Shown: one piece after another, positions 16,019-22,971 of the stretch
How the letters are laid out: each line of letters opens with the position of its first letter
Position numbering within the stretch: position 1 is the first letter of the stretch
DNA from: an uncultured Chloroflexia bacterium
Lineage (GTDB): Bacteria > Chloroflexota > Anaerolineae > Anaerolineales > Anaerolineaceae
Direction: 5' to 3'
NCBI GenBank assembly: GCA_963704755.1
Contig: OY969938.1
Coordinates: 1,260,001 to 1,292,000 of the forward strand
DNA: 32,000 nucleotides
The notes under the pieces: generated by a model
The model's input: only the letters and a program-made list of their open reading frames with translations
What the model was told of the DNA's origin: nothing
Databases searched by the model: none
Position numbers and translations under genes: made by a program

Positions 16019-18796
16019 TCAAATAACGATGTTGACCAGCCGCCCGCGCACGTAGATGACCTTGCGCGGCTGCTTGCCGTCCAGTGCTTTTTGGATGATC
16101 TCCAGCCCCAGGGCCGTGGCTTTGGCCGTTTCCTCGTCCACCTCCAGTGGAGCGTTGAAGCGATCGCGCACTTTACCGTTGATCTGCACCACCAGGGTGA
16201 TCTCGTCCTCGCGCGCAGCGTCCTCGTCCACTTCCGGCCAGCGCTGGGTATGGATGGAGTACGGCTTGCCTAGCGCTTCCCATAACTCTTCCGAAATGTG
16301 CGGCGCCACCGGCGCCAGCATGCGCAGATAGATATCCACAGCTTCATCCCAGGCCGGAGTGCCCCAGGCGCCGGCTTGTTTGGCTTTGGTCATCTCATTG
16401 AGCAGTTCCATCAGACTGGAGATGATGGTGTTGAATTCGAATTCGCGGAAGTCACGTGTCACCACCTTCAAGGTCTGGTGGACCTTGCGGCGCAAATTGC
16501 GGACGACTTCTTCATCCACCGGCCTGGTTTCGGCCGGTTCCAGGGCAGCCGACCAAACCCGCCGCAGCCAGCGATTGGTGCCTTCCACGCCGCTGTTGTT
16601 CCAGGGGCCACCCTGGTCCCAGCGGGTGAAGAACATCAGGTAAGTACGCACCACATCTGCCCCGAATTCGGCGACCAACTCGTCCGGCGAGACCACGTTG
16701 CCGCGGCTCTTGGACATTTTTTCTAAATCCTCACCCAGCACCGAGCCCTGGTTGCGCAGTTGCACCATCGGCTCGTCGCCTTTGGTGATGCCCATATCCC
16801 GGCAGGCCTTATGGAAAAAGCGGGTGTAGATCAGGTGCATGTTGGCATGTTCGATACCGCCGGTATAGGTATCTACCGGCATCCAGTAATCGTACTCATT
16901 CTGTTCGAATGGGCCATCGTTGTACCATGGGCTCAAATAACGCAGGTGATACCAGGAGGAGCACATAAACGTGTCCATGGTATCCGTTTCGCGCTCGGCC
17001 GGGCCGCCGCAGGTTGGGCAGGTGGTATTTTTCCAGGTCGGGTGCAGTTTCAAGGGCGACTGGCCGGTGGGCATCCATTCCACATCATCCGGCAGCAGTA
17101 CCGGCAACTCATCCTCGGATACCGGCACGATACCGCAGGTCGGGCAATAGACCATCGGGATCGGCGCACCCCAATAGCGCTGGCGGGAGATTAGCCAGTC
17201 GCGCAGGCGGTAATTGACCGAATACTTGCCCTTGCCGGTCTCTTCCAGCCATTCGGTCACTTTCTTCTTGGCCGTTTCGCCTGGGGTACCACTGAACTCG
17301 GCCGAATTGATCAACTCGGCGTAATCGGTGTGGAAGAGTGCATCCCGGTAGAATTCGCAGCTCCACAGCATCTCCATCAATGTCCGCATCTCACGCACAT
17401 TGGGTTCTAATTCTTTGCAGCGGGCCAGGATTTTGGCTTCCGTTTCAGGAGACTCCCACTGGTAAATGCTGTTATCGAAAATGAACACCCAGCGCGAACC
17501 CACTACCTCGTTCCAGTAGCCCGGGTTGAGGTTCTCTTTGGCCAGTTGGATGTATGCGTCCGCCTTATCGGCCGGGATGGTGACGAACACCCCTTGCTCG
17601 TCCTGCTCGTAGGGCATGCCGGCGGCTTGCAGGTCAGCGGTAAAACCATCCCGCATCGAACCGGCAATGGCGAAGGATTTGGTCAGCCCATCGGTCCGCT
17701 TCAGGACCGGCAGAATCGGCAGCCCAAACTTGATTGCAAAGGCAAAATCGCGCTCGTCATGGGCCGGCACAGCCATGATGGCCCCGGTCCCATACGTCAT
17801 CAACACATAATCGGCAATCCAGATCGGGATGCGCCGCCCGTTGACCGGGTTGATGGCATACCCGCCGGTAAAGACGCCCGTCTTTTCCTTGTCGGATGCC
17901 TCTCGTTGGATATCCGATTGGCGCAAAGTCTGCTGGATGTATTCGTCCACTGCCGCATGCTGCTCCGCACTGGTCAGCTTTTCTACCAGCGGGTGCTCAG
18001 GCGCCAGCACCATAAAGGTCGCGCCCCAGAGCGTATCCGGCCGGGTGGTGAAAATTTCCAGGGTGTCGCCGTCCTCGGTCTTGAAATAGACGGCCGCCCC
18101 TTCCGAACGTCCGATCCAGTTCGTTTGCAGGGTGCGTACGCGTTCGGGCCAGTCGATATCGTCATAACGCAGCAGCTCGTCGGCGTAATCGGTGGTCTTG
18201 AAAAACCACTGCTCCAAATCTTTCTTGATGACCGGCGTGCCGCAGCGTTCGCAATGGCGATCTTCACCCCAGACCTGTTCGCGGGCCAGGGTTGTATTGC
18301 AATGCGGGCACCAGTCCACCGGCGACATCTTTCGATACGCCAGGTTGTGATTGAACAACTGGATAAAGAACCACTGGGTCCAGCGGTAATATTCAGGATC
18401 TGCGCTGACTGCCTCGCGGCGCCAATCGAACATGGCGCCCATGGAACGAAGCTGCCGGCGCATGTTGTCGATATTCTTGTATGTCCACTCTTTCGGATGG
18501 ATATTCCGTTTGATGGCCGCGTTCTCGGCCGGCAGGCCGAAGGCATCGAAACCGATCGGGAAGAGTACATTATATCCTTGCATGCGCATAAACCGGGCGC
18601 GCGCATCCGATGGGGTCATCGCATACCAGTGTCCGATGTGCAAATCACCCGAAGGATAAGGCAGCATGGTCAATGCATAAAATTTCTTTTTGTGGGGGTC
18701 GATATCGGAATGATAAATCCCGTCCGCTTCCCAACGTTGCTGCCATTTCTTCTCGATCTCAGCCGGAATATAACTTCGAACTGGCGTTTGAGCCAT
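16019..18796 (-). CDS. leuS: leucine--tRNA ligase
   Basis: 925 aa. It has the HIGH motif (GDLHIGHW), the KMSKS motif (EKMSKSRGN), the CP1 editing domain (TTRPDTLWGATF) and Zn modules (CPHC...CERC; CPTC...CPTC). Confidence 0.97.
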   Translation of the reverse strand: MAQTPVRSYIPAEIEKKWQQRWEADGIYHSDIDPHKKKFYALTMLPYPSGDLHIGHWYAMTPSDARARFMRMQGYNVLFPIGFDAFGLPAENAAIKRNIHPKEWTYKNIDNMRRQLRSMGAMFDWRREAVSADPEYYRWTQWFFIQLFNHNLAYRKMSPVDWCPHCNTTLAREQVWGEDRHCERCGTPVIKKDLEQWFFKTTDYADELLRYDDIDWPERVRTLQTNWIGRSEGAAVYFKTEDGDTLEIFTTRPDTLWGATFMVLAPEHPLVEKLTSAEQHAAVDEYIQQTLRQSDIQREASDKEKTGVFTGGYAINPVNGRRIPIWIADYVLMTYGTGAIMAVPAHDERDFAFAIKFGLPILPVLKRTDGLTKSFAIAGSMRDGFTADLQAAGMPYEQDEQGVFVTIPADKADAYIQLAKENLNPGYWNEVVGSRWVFIFDNSIYQWESPETEAKILARCKELEPNVREMRTLMEMLWSCEFYRDALFHTDYAELINSAEFSGTPGETAKKKVTEWLEETGKGKYSVNYRLRDWLISRQRYWGAPIPMVYCPTCGIVPVSEDELPVLLPDDVEWMPTGQSPLKLHPTWKNTTCPTCGGPAERETDTMDTFMCSSWYHLRYLSPWYNDGPFEQNEYDYWMPVDTYTGGIEHANMHLIYTRFFHKACRDMGITKGDEPMVQLRNQGSVLGEDLEKMSKSRGNVVSPDELVAEFGADVVRTYLMFFTRWDQGGPWNNSGVEGTNRWLRRVWSAALEPAETRPVDEEVVRNLRRKVHQTLKVVTRDFREFEFNTIISSLMELLNEMTKAKQAGAWGTPAWDEAVDIYLRMLAPVAPHISEELWEALGKPYSIHTQRWPEVDEDAAREDEITLVVQINGKVRDRFNAPLEVDEETAKATALGLEIIQKALDGKQPRKVIYVRGRLVNIVI

Positions 18797-18799
18797 TTG

Positions 18800-19077
18800 T
18801 TCTCCTCAATGCATGGATTAAAACAAAAACTCCCTCGCCCAAACAGGGACGAAGGGTTCCTCCGTGGTACCACCCTGATTGCCCGCGAAAAACCTCGGGC
18901 CACTCAAGTCGCAGTAACGGGCGAACCCGGCGCCGGCTACTCACTTTCACCGGAACGGCTTGCCTGCGTGGATGTGCAGGCGGTCAGGCGAGTTCGATCT
19001 CAAGCGCACCGCTGACGCTTTGCCGGGCTCACACCTCGCTCTCCCGGCTCGCTGGCGGATGATCTACTACTCCTGCC
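18800..19077 (-). promoter_or_regulatory. T-box riboswitch leader, Leu specifier CUC
   Basis: The minus strand carries the T-box sequence AAUCAGGGUGGUACCACGG (18880-18862). Stem I has base GGCAGG/CCUGACC and a loop-E pair AGUA...GAA followed by CUC (18992-18990) then G. AGAG and GGUG distal motifs are present. The terminator CCCUUCGUCCC...GGGCGAGGG plus AGUUUUUGUUUU lies just upstream of the leuS RBS GAGGAG. Confidence 0.75.
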
Positions 19078-19087
19078 TTGGCCTTTC

Positions 19088-19125
19088 AAAAAACGAGCCT
19101 GGATTGGACTCGCAGCTCGTTTTTA
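19088..19125 (-). terminator. hairpin plus U6 tract after the tRNA-Ala genes
   Basis: On the minus strand, AAAAACGAGC-16 nt-GCUCGUUUUUU begins 1-2 nt after the 3' end of tRNA-Ala(GGC). Confidence 0.5.
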
Positions 19126-19126
19126 G

Positions 19127-19199
19127 TGGACCCAGGGGGATTCGAACCCCCGGCCTTCTCAATGCCATTGAGACGCGCTCCCAGCTGCGCTATGGGCCC
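19127..19199 (-). tRNA. tRNA-Ala: tRNA-Ala (anticodon GGC)
   Basis: I folded the cloverleaf by hand. The acceptor is GGGCCCA/TGGGTCC with the G3:U70 alanine identity pair. The D arm is GCGC-AGCTGGGA-GCGC. The anticodon arm is TCTCA-AT GGC AT-TGAGA. The T arm is GGGGG-TTCGAAT-CCCCC. The discriminator is A. 73 nt, with no encoded CCA. Confidence 0.95.
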
Positions 19200-19262
19200 A
19201 GGTTGTACTACTTGACTTGTTAATTCCCCGGGGGCATCCCCGGGTGGGGTTGCAGCCCCCAG

Positions 19263-19335
19263 TGGACCTGAGGGGATTCGAACCCCTGACCTCTTCAGTG
19301 CGATTGAAGCGCGCTCCCAACTGCGCTACAGGCCC
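19263..19335 (-). tRNA. tRNA-Ala: tRNA-Ala (anticodon CGC)
   Basis: The acceptor is GGGCCTG/CAGGTCC with G3:U70. The anticodon arm is CTTCA-AT CGC AC-TGAAG. The T arm is AGGGG-TTCGAAT-CCCCT. 73 nt. Confidence 0.95.
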
Positions 19336-19353
19336 TTTTTTTAGGGTAGCCAG

Positions 19354-19382
19354 ATTTTACACGGAAGGCTGAATAAAGTCAA
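19354..19382 (-). promoter_or_regulatory. sigma70-type promoter of the tRNA-Ala genes
   Basis: The minus strand reads TTGACT (19382-19377), a 17-nt spacer, then TAAAAT (19359-19354). The predicted start is about 12 nt upstream of the tRNA-Ala(CGC) 5' end. Confidence 0.65.
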
Positions 19383-19402
19383 GTGGATAAAGCGAGGGTG
19401 TT

Positions 19403-20712
19403 ATGGCTTTCTCAAGAAAGGGATTTACCAGCCAGAAGGAGGGCAAAAGCCTGGGAGAGGTGGCCCTCGAACCAGCGGCGGCCTTTGGCAGCATTGGAAA
19501 AGCCTGCCCGCTTGAGCAAGCCAAGAATCAAATTATGAATAATTGCCAGGATTCTTCCGGCCGGACCAATCGTCATTCGAGTGGCATCCTCATGAAACGT
19601 CACATCGCGACGATAATGCAGCCCAGTCTCAATTTGCCAGTGTTGGCGACGAATGCGGAGCACCTTACCCGGAGCAGCTTGCTTACGAGATAGGCTGGTA
19701 ATGCCATACTCAACTTCACAGCTATTTCTGTAGAATTGACCCTGGCGCAACCAAAAAAACTTACGTTCCAGACGATAAACCTGGCTCAACCCCGGCCAAT
19801 CCAGATATTCATTCAGCATTTCACTGGTCTGGATGGCACGGATTTCCAGGCGACCGTGACCATAACTCACCTGCTTTGCAGTCTGGAAATCGGTCGCAAT
19901 CTTGCCAAATCCAGGCTTAGGATGATCAGGAGCAAACAAGTCTTGGATGGCTTGATACATTTGGGGTTGATTTTCCTTGACCGGCCACAAATAATCCCCT
20001 TGGCCTTTGAGAATTTGTTCGGAAACGGCCCGTTGGGTGTGCATGGCGTCTCCGGTGACGATTTTCCCGGACAAATTGACCCGTTCCAAGGCTTTAGGAG
20101 CTGCTACAATCTCGTTTTCCTTGTTTCCAACCACTTCTTGAACCTTGACTTGCTGGGTTTGGCCAGCATAAATACTCAAAACATACTCACCGCAAAGTTC
20201 TCCACCAGCCCGTGTGCCTCGCAAGGCTTTGCCGTCCATGGCCAATGTTTCTCCACTTTCATCTGTATCCGACCGATGGTACGCTTCCATCAGTCGTTCA
20301 AACTCCTCTTCGCTGACAATATTCTGGAATACGCGTCGGTAAGTATTGTGATGGGGCATCCAACTTCGCTGCAACCCCAATAACTGTGTCAACTCTTCTG
20401 CCTGGTTCTTCGCCCAATCGGCTATTTCCACCGGTCGATCTTTTCCGCACAGTTTCGCCAGAAAGATTAATACTAACAAGGTGACTAGGCTATACCGTTT
20501 CCCCTTCGCTTTGCGTGGATCATCTAGCCGTTGAAAATAGTCATACAAGCTCCCCAGCGAATACACAACCCCATTTGCACTTTCTTCTTGCCACGGTTCC
20601 AGCGTGCTATACTCCATCTTGATCCTCCTCGGTTATTTTGGCTGTTTGGCGACACCAATTGTACCGAAGAGGGTCTTTTTGTCTATCTGTCAACCTTTCT
20701 TGAGAACGCCAT
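19403..20712 (-). mobile_element. complete ISAs1-family insertion sequence (about 1310 bp)
   Basis: The terminal inverted repeats are ATGGCTTTCTCAAGAAAGG (19403-19421) and the reverse complement of CCTTTCTTGAGAACGCCAT (20694-20712), matching 18/19. The flanking direct repeat AGCGAGGGTGTT occurs at 19391-19402 and 20713-20724. There is a single transposase ORF. GC looks lower than in the flanking DNA. Confidence 0.9.
19412..20617 (-). CDS. ISAs1-family (H-repeat-associated) DDE transposase
   Basis: 401 aa. It is collinear with E. coli H-repeat/ISAs1 transposases: DPR...KxxYxLxxLLxLxFLAxLCG, AxDGKxLRG, VTGDAMHTQR, GDYLWPVKENQ, and HWQIETGLHYRRDVTFHED. Confidence 0.9.
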   Translation of the reverse strand: MEYSTLEPWQEESANGVVYSLGSLYDYFQRLDDPRKAKGKRYSLVTLLVLIFLAKLCGKDRPVEIADWAKNQAEELTQLLGLQRSWMPHHNTYRRVFQNIVSEEEFERLMEAYHRSDTDESGETLAMDGKALRGTRAGGELCGEYVLSIYAGQTQQVKVQEVVGNKENEIVAAPKALERVNLSGKIVTGDAMHTQRAVSEQILKGQGDYLWPVKENQPQMYQAIQDLFAPDHPKPGFGKIATDFQTAKQVSYGHGRLEIRAIQTSEMLNEYLDWPGLSQVYRLERKFFWLRQGQFYRNSCEVEYGITSLSRKQAAPGKVLRIRRQHWQIETGLHYRRDVTFHEDATRMTIGPAGRILAIIHNLILGLLKRAGFSNAAKGRRWFEGHLSQAFALLLAGKSLS

Positions 20713-20778
20713 AGCGAGGGTGTTGAAAAACGCCCTAACTTTTTAGGATATTGGGTAACTGTGCAGTTCCTGCAAAAG

Positions 20779-20839
20779 TTAGGAGTGTTTTATTATTTTT
20801 CCCGGGGAGAGCCCGGGAAAAATAATAAAACACTCCTAA
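20779..20839. terminator. perfect 28-bp hairpin downstream of the sulfatase-like gene (AT-rich hairpin family)
   Basis: TTAGGAGTGTTTTATTATTTTTCCCGGG GAGAG CCCGGGAAAAATAATAAAACACTCCTAA is perfect over 28 bp. It lies 9 nt after the stop at 20848. The arm sequence is related to the 7795 and 10827 hairpins. Confidence 0.7.
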
Positions 20840-20847
20840 TTTCCGAT

Positions 20848-22326
20848 TCAAGCCCCGCGCTGATTTACTTCATCCAGTCGCACCAACAATTCTTCTTCCA
20901 TGTCGGTGAAGATCCCTTTCTTGCCGGGGAAGCGGTCTTCCAGCTCGTCCGGGTCATTTTTCAGGTTATAGAATTCGTAATCATCCTGCTTCTGTTCATA
21001 GCCAAAATAATGGATGATTTTCTTGTGGTCCTTGATCAAAGCCACGGTAGCGGTCTTGAGTGGGCCGGTCCGCGCGTTATCCTTCGCCTCGACGATATAA
21101 ATCGGCCGCGATGTGTTACTGGTATCCGGGTTGAATGGCGGCAAAATCTGGCCCTCGCACCAATCCGGTACCGGCTTGCCTGCCAGGTGCAGCAAAGTAG
21201 GTAATACGTCGATGGCCGTGGTGGGACTGTAAATATCTTCACGAACCTGCTGGCCGGGCTTCACAATCAGCAGGGGGATGTGGACGATCGGGTCGTACAG
21301 TGTCGGGGTCAGGTGGCCGTGGATCTCGCGTTCGAATAACTGGCCATGGTCCGAGGTGATGATGAGATATGTGTTCTTCAGGGCATCGTCTTTTTCCAGC
21401 GACTGCACCAGCCGGCCGATTTCCTCGTCCACAAAGGCGATATATTCATCATAATAGCGCCGGTATTGATCCAGGTACTGCACCGAGCGGTTTTGCGGAA
21501 AAGCCAGCACCGGTTTCGGCTGGGGGGACCAGCCGTCCTGGAATATGTCGACGAATTCTTTGCGGGTCATATACGGCTCGTGCGGCGGAAAGAGGTGGTA
21601 ATAGGCCAGGTAAGGCTGCTGCATACCGGGAATCTGTTTGCGTATCCAGTCGATGGCATTCTCCAGGAAGAAGAACAACCCCAGGGTATTGTTGGGTACC
21701 CCGCGCGGGAAAAGGGCGGCGTACTTCTTCTTTAATTCATCGGGGGTGAATGCGTTGAAATCCTTGATCAGAAAAGACAAAAAAAGCGAGCCGGGAATAT
21801 CGGTACCCGACGAGCGGATGATCCGCTCGCTCCACAGCGAGGCGGTGAAGTCATCGTCCAGGTGAAGATCGGCAAACGACTCGGACAATACCGCCAGTTC
21901 GTTGGGCGGGATGATTTGATCGAGGTGCTGCTGGAACTGGTTGAGCAGCCCCATGACAAAATAATTGTGGGTGAAAGCCGTGATAAAGTAATCCTGGTTG
22001 AGCGCGCTGAAAATATTGTGGTCGTAATAATATTTCAGCACCGAACCAAACGACTGGATCGCGCGATGCGACCAGGGGGCCGTGCCGGTGAGCAATGAAG
22101 CCGTCCCCGGCATAGTGAAATTTCCGCCTGAATAATGGTGGTGGTAAACTGTGGCGTGTTCCGCGATCCGGGTCAGGTTAGGAGTCGTTTTGCGAGGGTA
22201 CCCGAAAAACGACAGATGTTCGGCCGAAAACGTGTCGAACACCAGCACCAGAAAATTGGGCTGGTCGCTGTCAACCGGTTGTTTCCGCGGCGCAGATGGG
22301 GCGATATCGAAGGTGCGGATCCCCAT
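20848..22326 (-). CDS. sulfatase-like alkaline-phosphatase-superfamily hydrolase/transferase (Thr in the nucleophile position)
   Basis: VLVFDTFSAEHL and NFTMPGTASLLTG align with the sulfatase metal/nucleophile region, but with T-M-P-G-T in place of C/S-x-P-x-R. SDHG is also present. Coordinates are given from the first ATG. The reading frame stays open upstream to 22422 and encodes a Tat motif (see findings), so the true start is probably near 22392. Confidence 0.8.
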   Translation of the reverse strand: MGIRTFDIAPSAPRKQPVDSDQPNFLVLVFDTFSAEHLSFFGYPRKTTPNLTRIAEHATVYHHHYSGGNFTMPGTASLLTGTAPWSHRAIQSFGSVLKYYYDHNIFSALNQDYFITAFTHNYFVMGLLNQFQQHLDQIIPPNELAVLSESFADLHLDDDFTASLWSERIIRSSGTDIPGSLFLSFLIKDFNAFTPDELKKKYAALFPRGVPNNTLGLFFFLENAIDWIRKQIPGMQQPYLAYYHLFPPHEPYMTRKEFVDIFQDGWSPQPKPVLAFPQNRSVQYLDQYRRYYDEYIAFVDEEIGRLVQSLEKDDALKNTYLIITSDHGQLFEREIHGHLTPTLYDPIVHIPLLIVKPGQQVREDIYSPTTAIDVLPTLLHLAGKPVPDWCEGQILPPFNPDTSNTSRPIYIVEAKDNARTGPLKTATVALIKDHKKIIHYFGYEQKQDDYEFYNLKNDPDELEDRFPGKKGIFTDMEEELLVRLDEVNQRGA

Positions 22327-22422
22327 CGCCGAAACCGCGAAAAGGCTGAGTAATTTTAGAAATTCGCGTCTGGAAAGTGGGTTGGTATCGATAATAATTG
22401 CTCCTGTACTCGATCGAGACCC

Positions 22423-22971
22423 TCACGAAACGACATTCCGGATCAGTACGATTAATACGCCAATCAGGTCGATCGAAACGTACAGGGTGGAAAGTACCGC
22501 TAATTTATCCGCCAGGTATTCCATGGCGGATGGGAACTTTTCCCCCTGGTTGATCCAGTAAATCGACACGATCAAAGCGGTTGCCCCCAAGACGCCCCAC
22601 AAGATGGCCCATTCGTTGTAATTAAATTGGTTAATTTTCAAAACACCAAACAGGTGGATCATAGCTGCGGTCAGCGATGCCACGAATACGAAAAGAGTGC
22701 CCAGCGGGATCATCCGCGAGCCCAAGAGCCTGGCCGGAAAGGCCAGGCTCAACAAGAACAGGATCAAAAACACGAACAGGCTTTCCAACAGGGTATACGA
22801 AAGGATGTAAGCAGTTGCGGCTACAGCCTGCGAACTGCTGAGCGCCTGGATGTAGCTGGAAGCGCGGGTCAGCATGATGAGGATGGCCCAAACGTGGACC
22901 GGGAATGCCGCCACCAGAAACAGCTTGATATACTCGTTTCTCGGCGCGAGCCGCTGCTTAAAAGTAGCCAA
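22423..22971 (-). CDS. polytopic membrane protein of unknown function (about 5 TM segments)
   Basis: 182-aa ORF with a TTG start at 22971 and alternating hydrophobic stretches (LFLVAAFPVHVWAILIML, LLESLFVFLILFLLSLAF, LGTLFVFVASLTAAMIHLF, WAILWGVLGATALIVSIYW, STLYVSIDLIGVLIVLI). No family recognised. Confidence 0.6.
   Translation of the reverse strand: MATFKQRLAPRNEYIKLFLVAAFPVHVWAILIMLTRASSYIQALSSSQAVAATAYILSYTLLESLFVFLILFLLSLAFPARLLGSRMIPLGTLFVFVASLTAAMIHLFGVLKINQFNYNEWAILWGVLGATALIVSIYWINQGEKFPSAMEYLADKLAVLSTLYVSIDLIGVLIVLIRNVVS

Noticed and set aside
19382-19390. DnaA-box-like TTATCCACT on the minus strand, together with TTATCTGTG/TTATCCGTA-like motifs in the nested elements, as a hint of oriC.
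   Set aside because: There is only one 8/9 match to TTATCCACA. There is no cluster of boxes, no adjacent dnaA/dnaN and no AT-rich unwinding element next to it. The other motifs differ at core positions.
7795-20839. The recurring hairpins as a CRISPR array.
   Set aside because: The copies are kilobases apart and are separated by genes rather than by uniform 25-40 bp spacers. Their sequences are related but not identical, and no cas genes are present.
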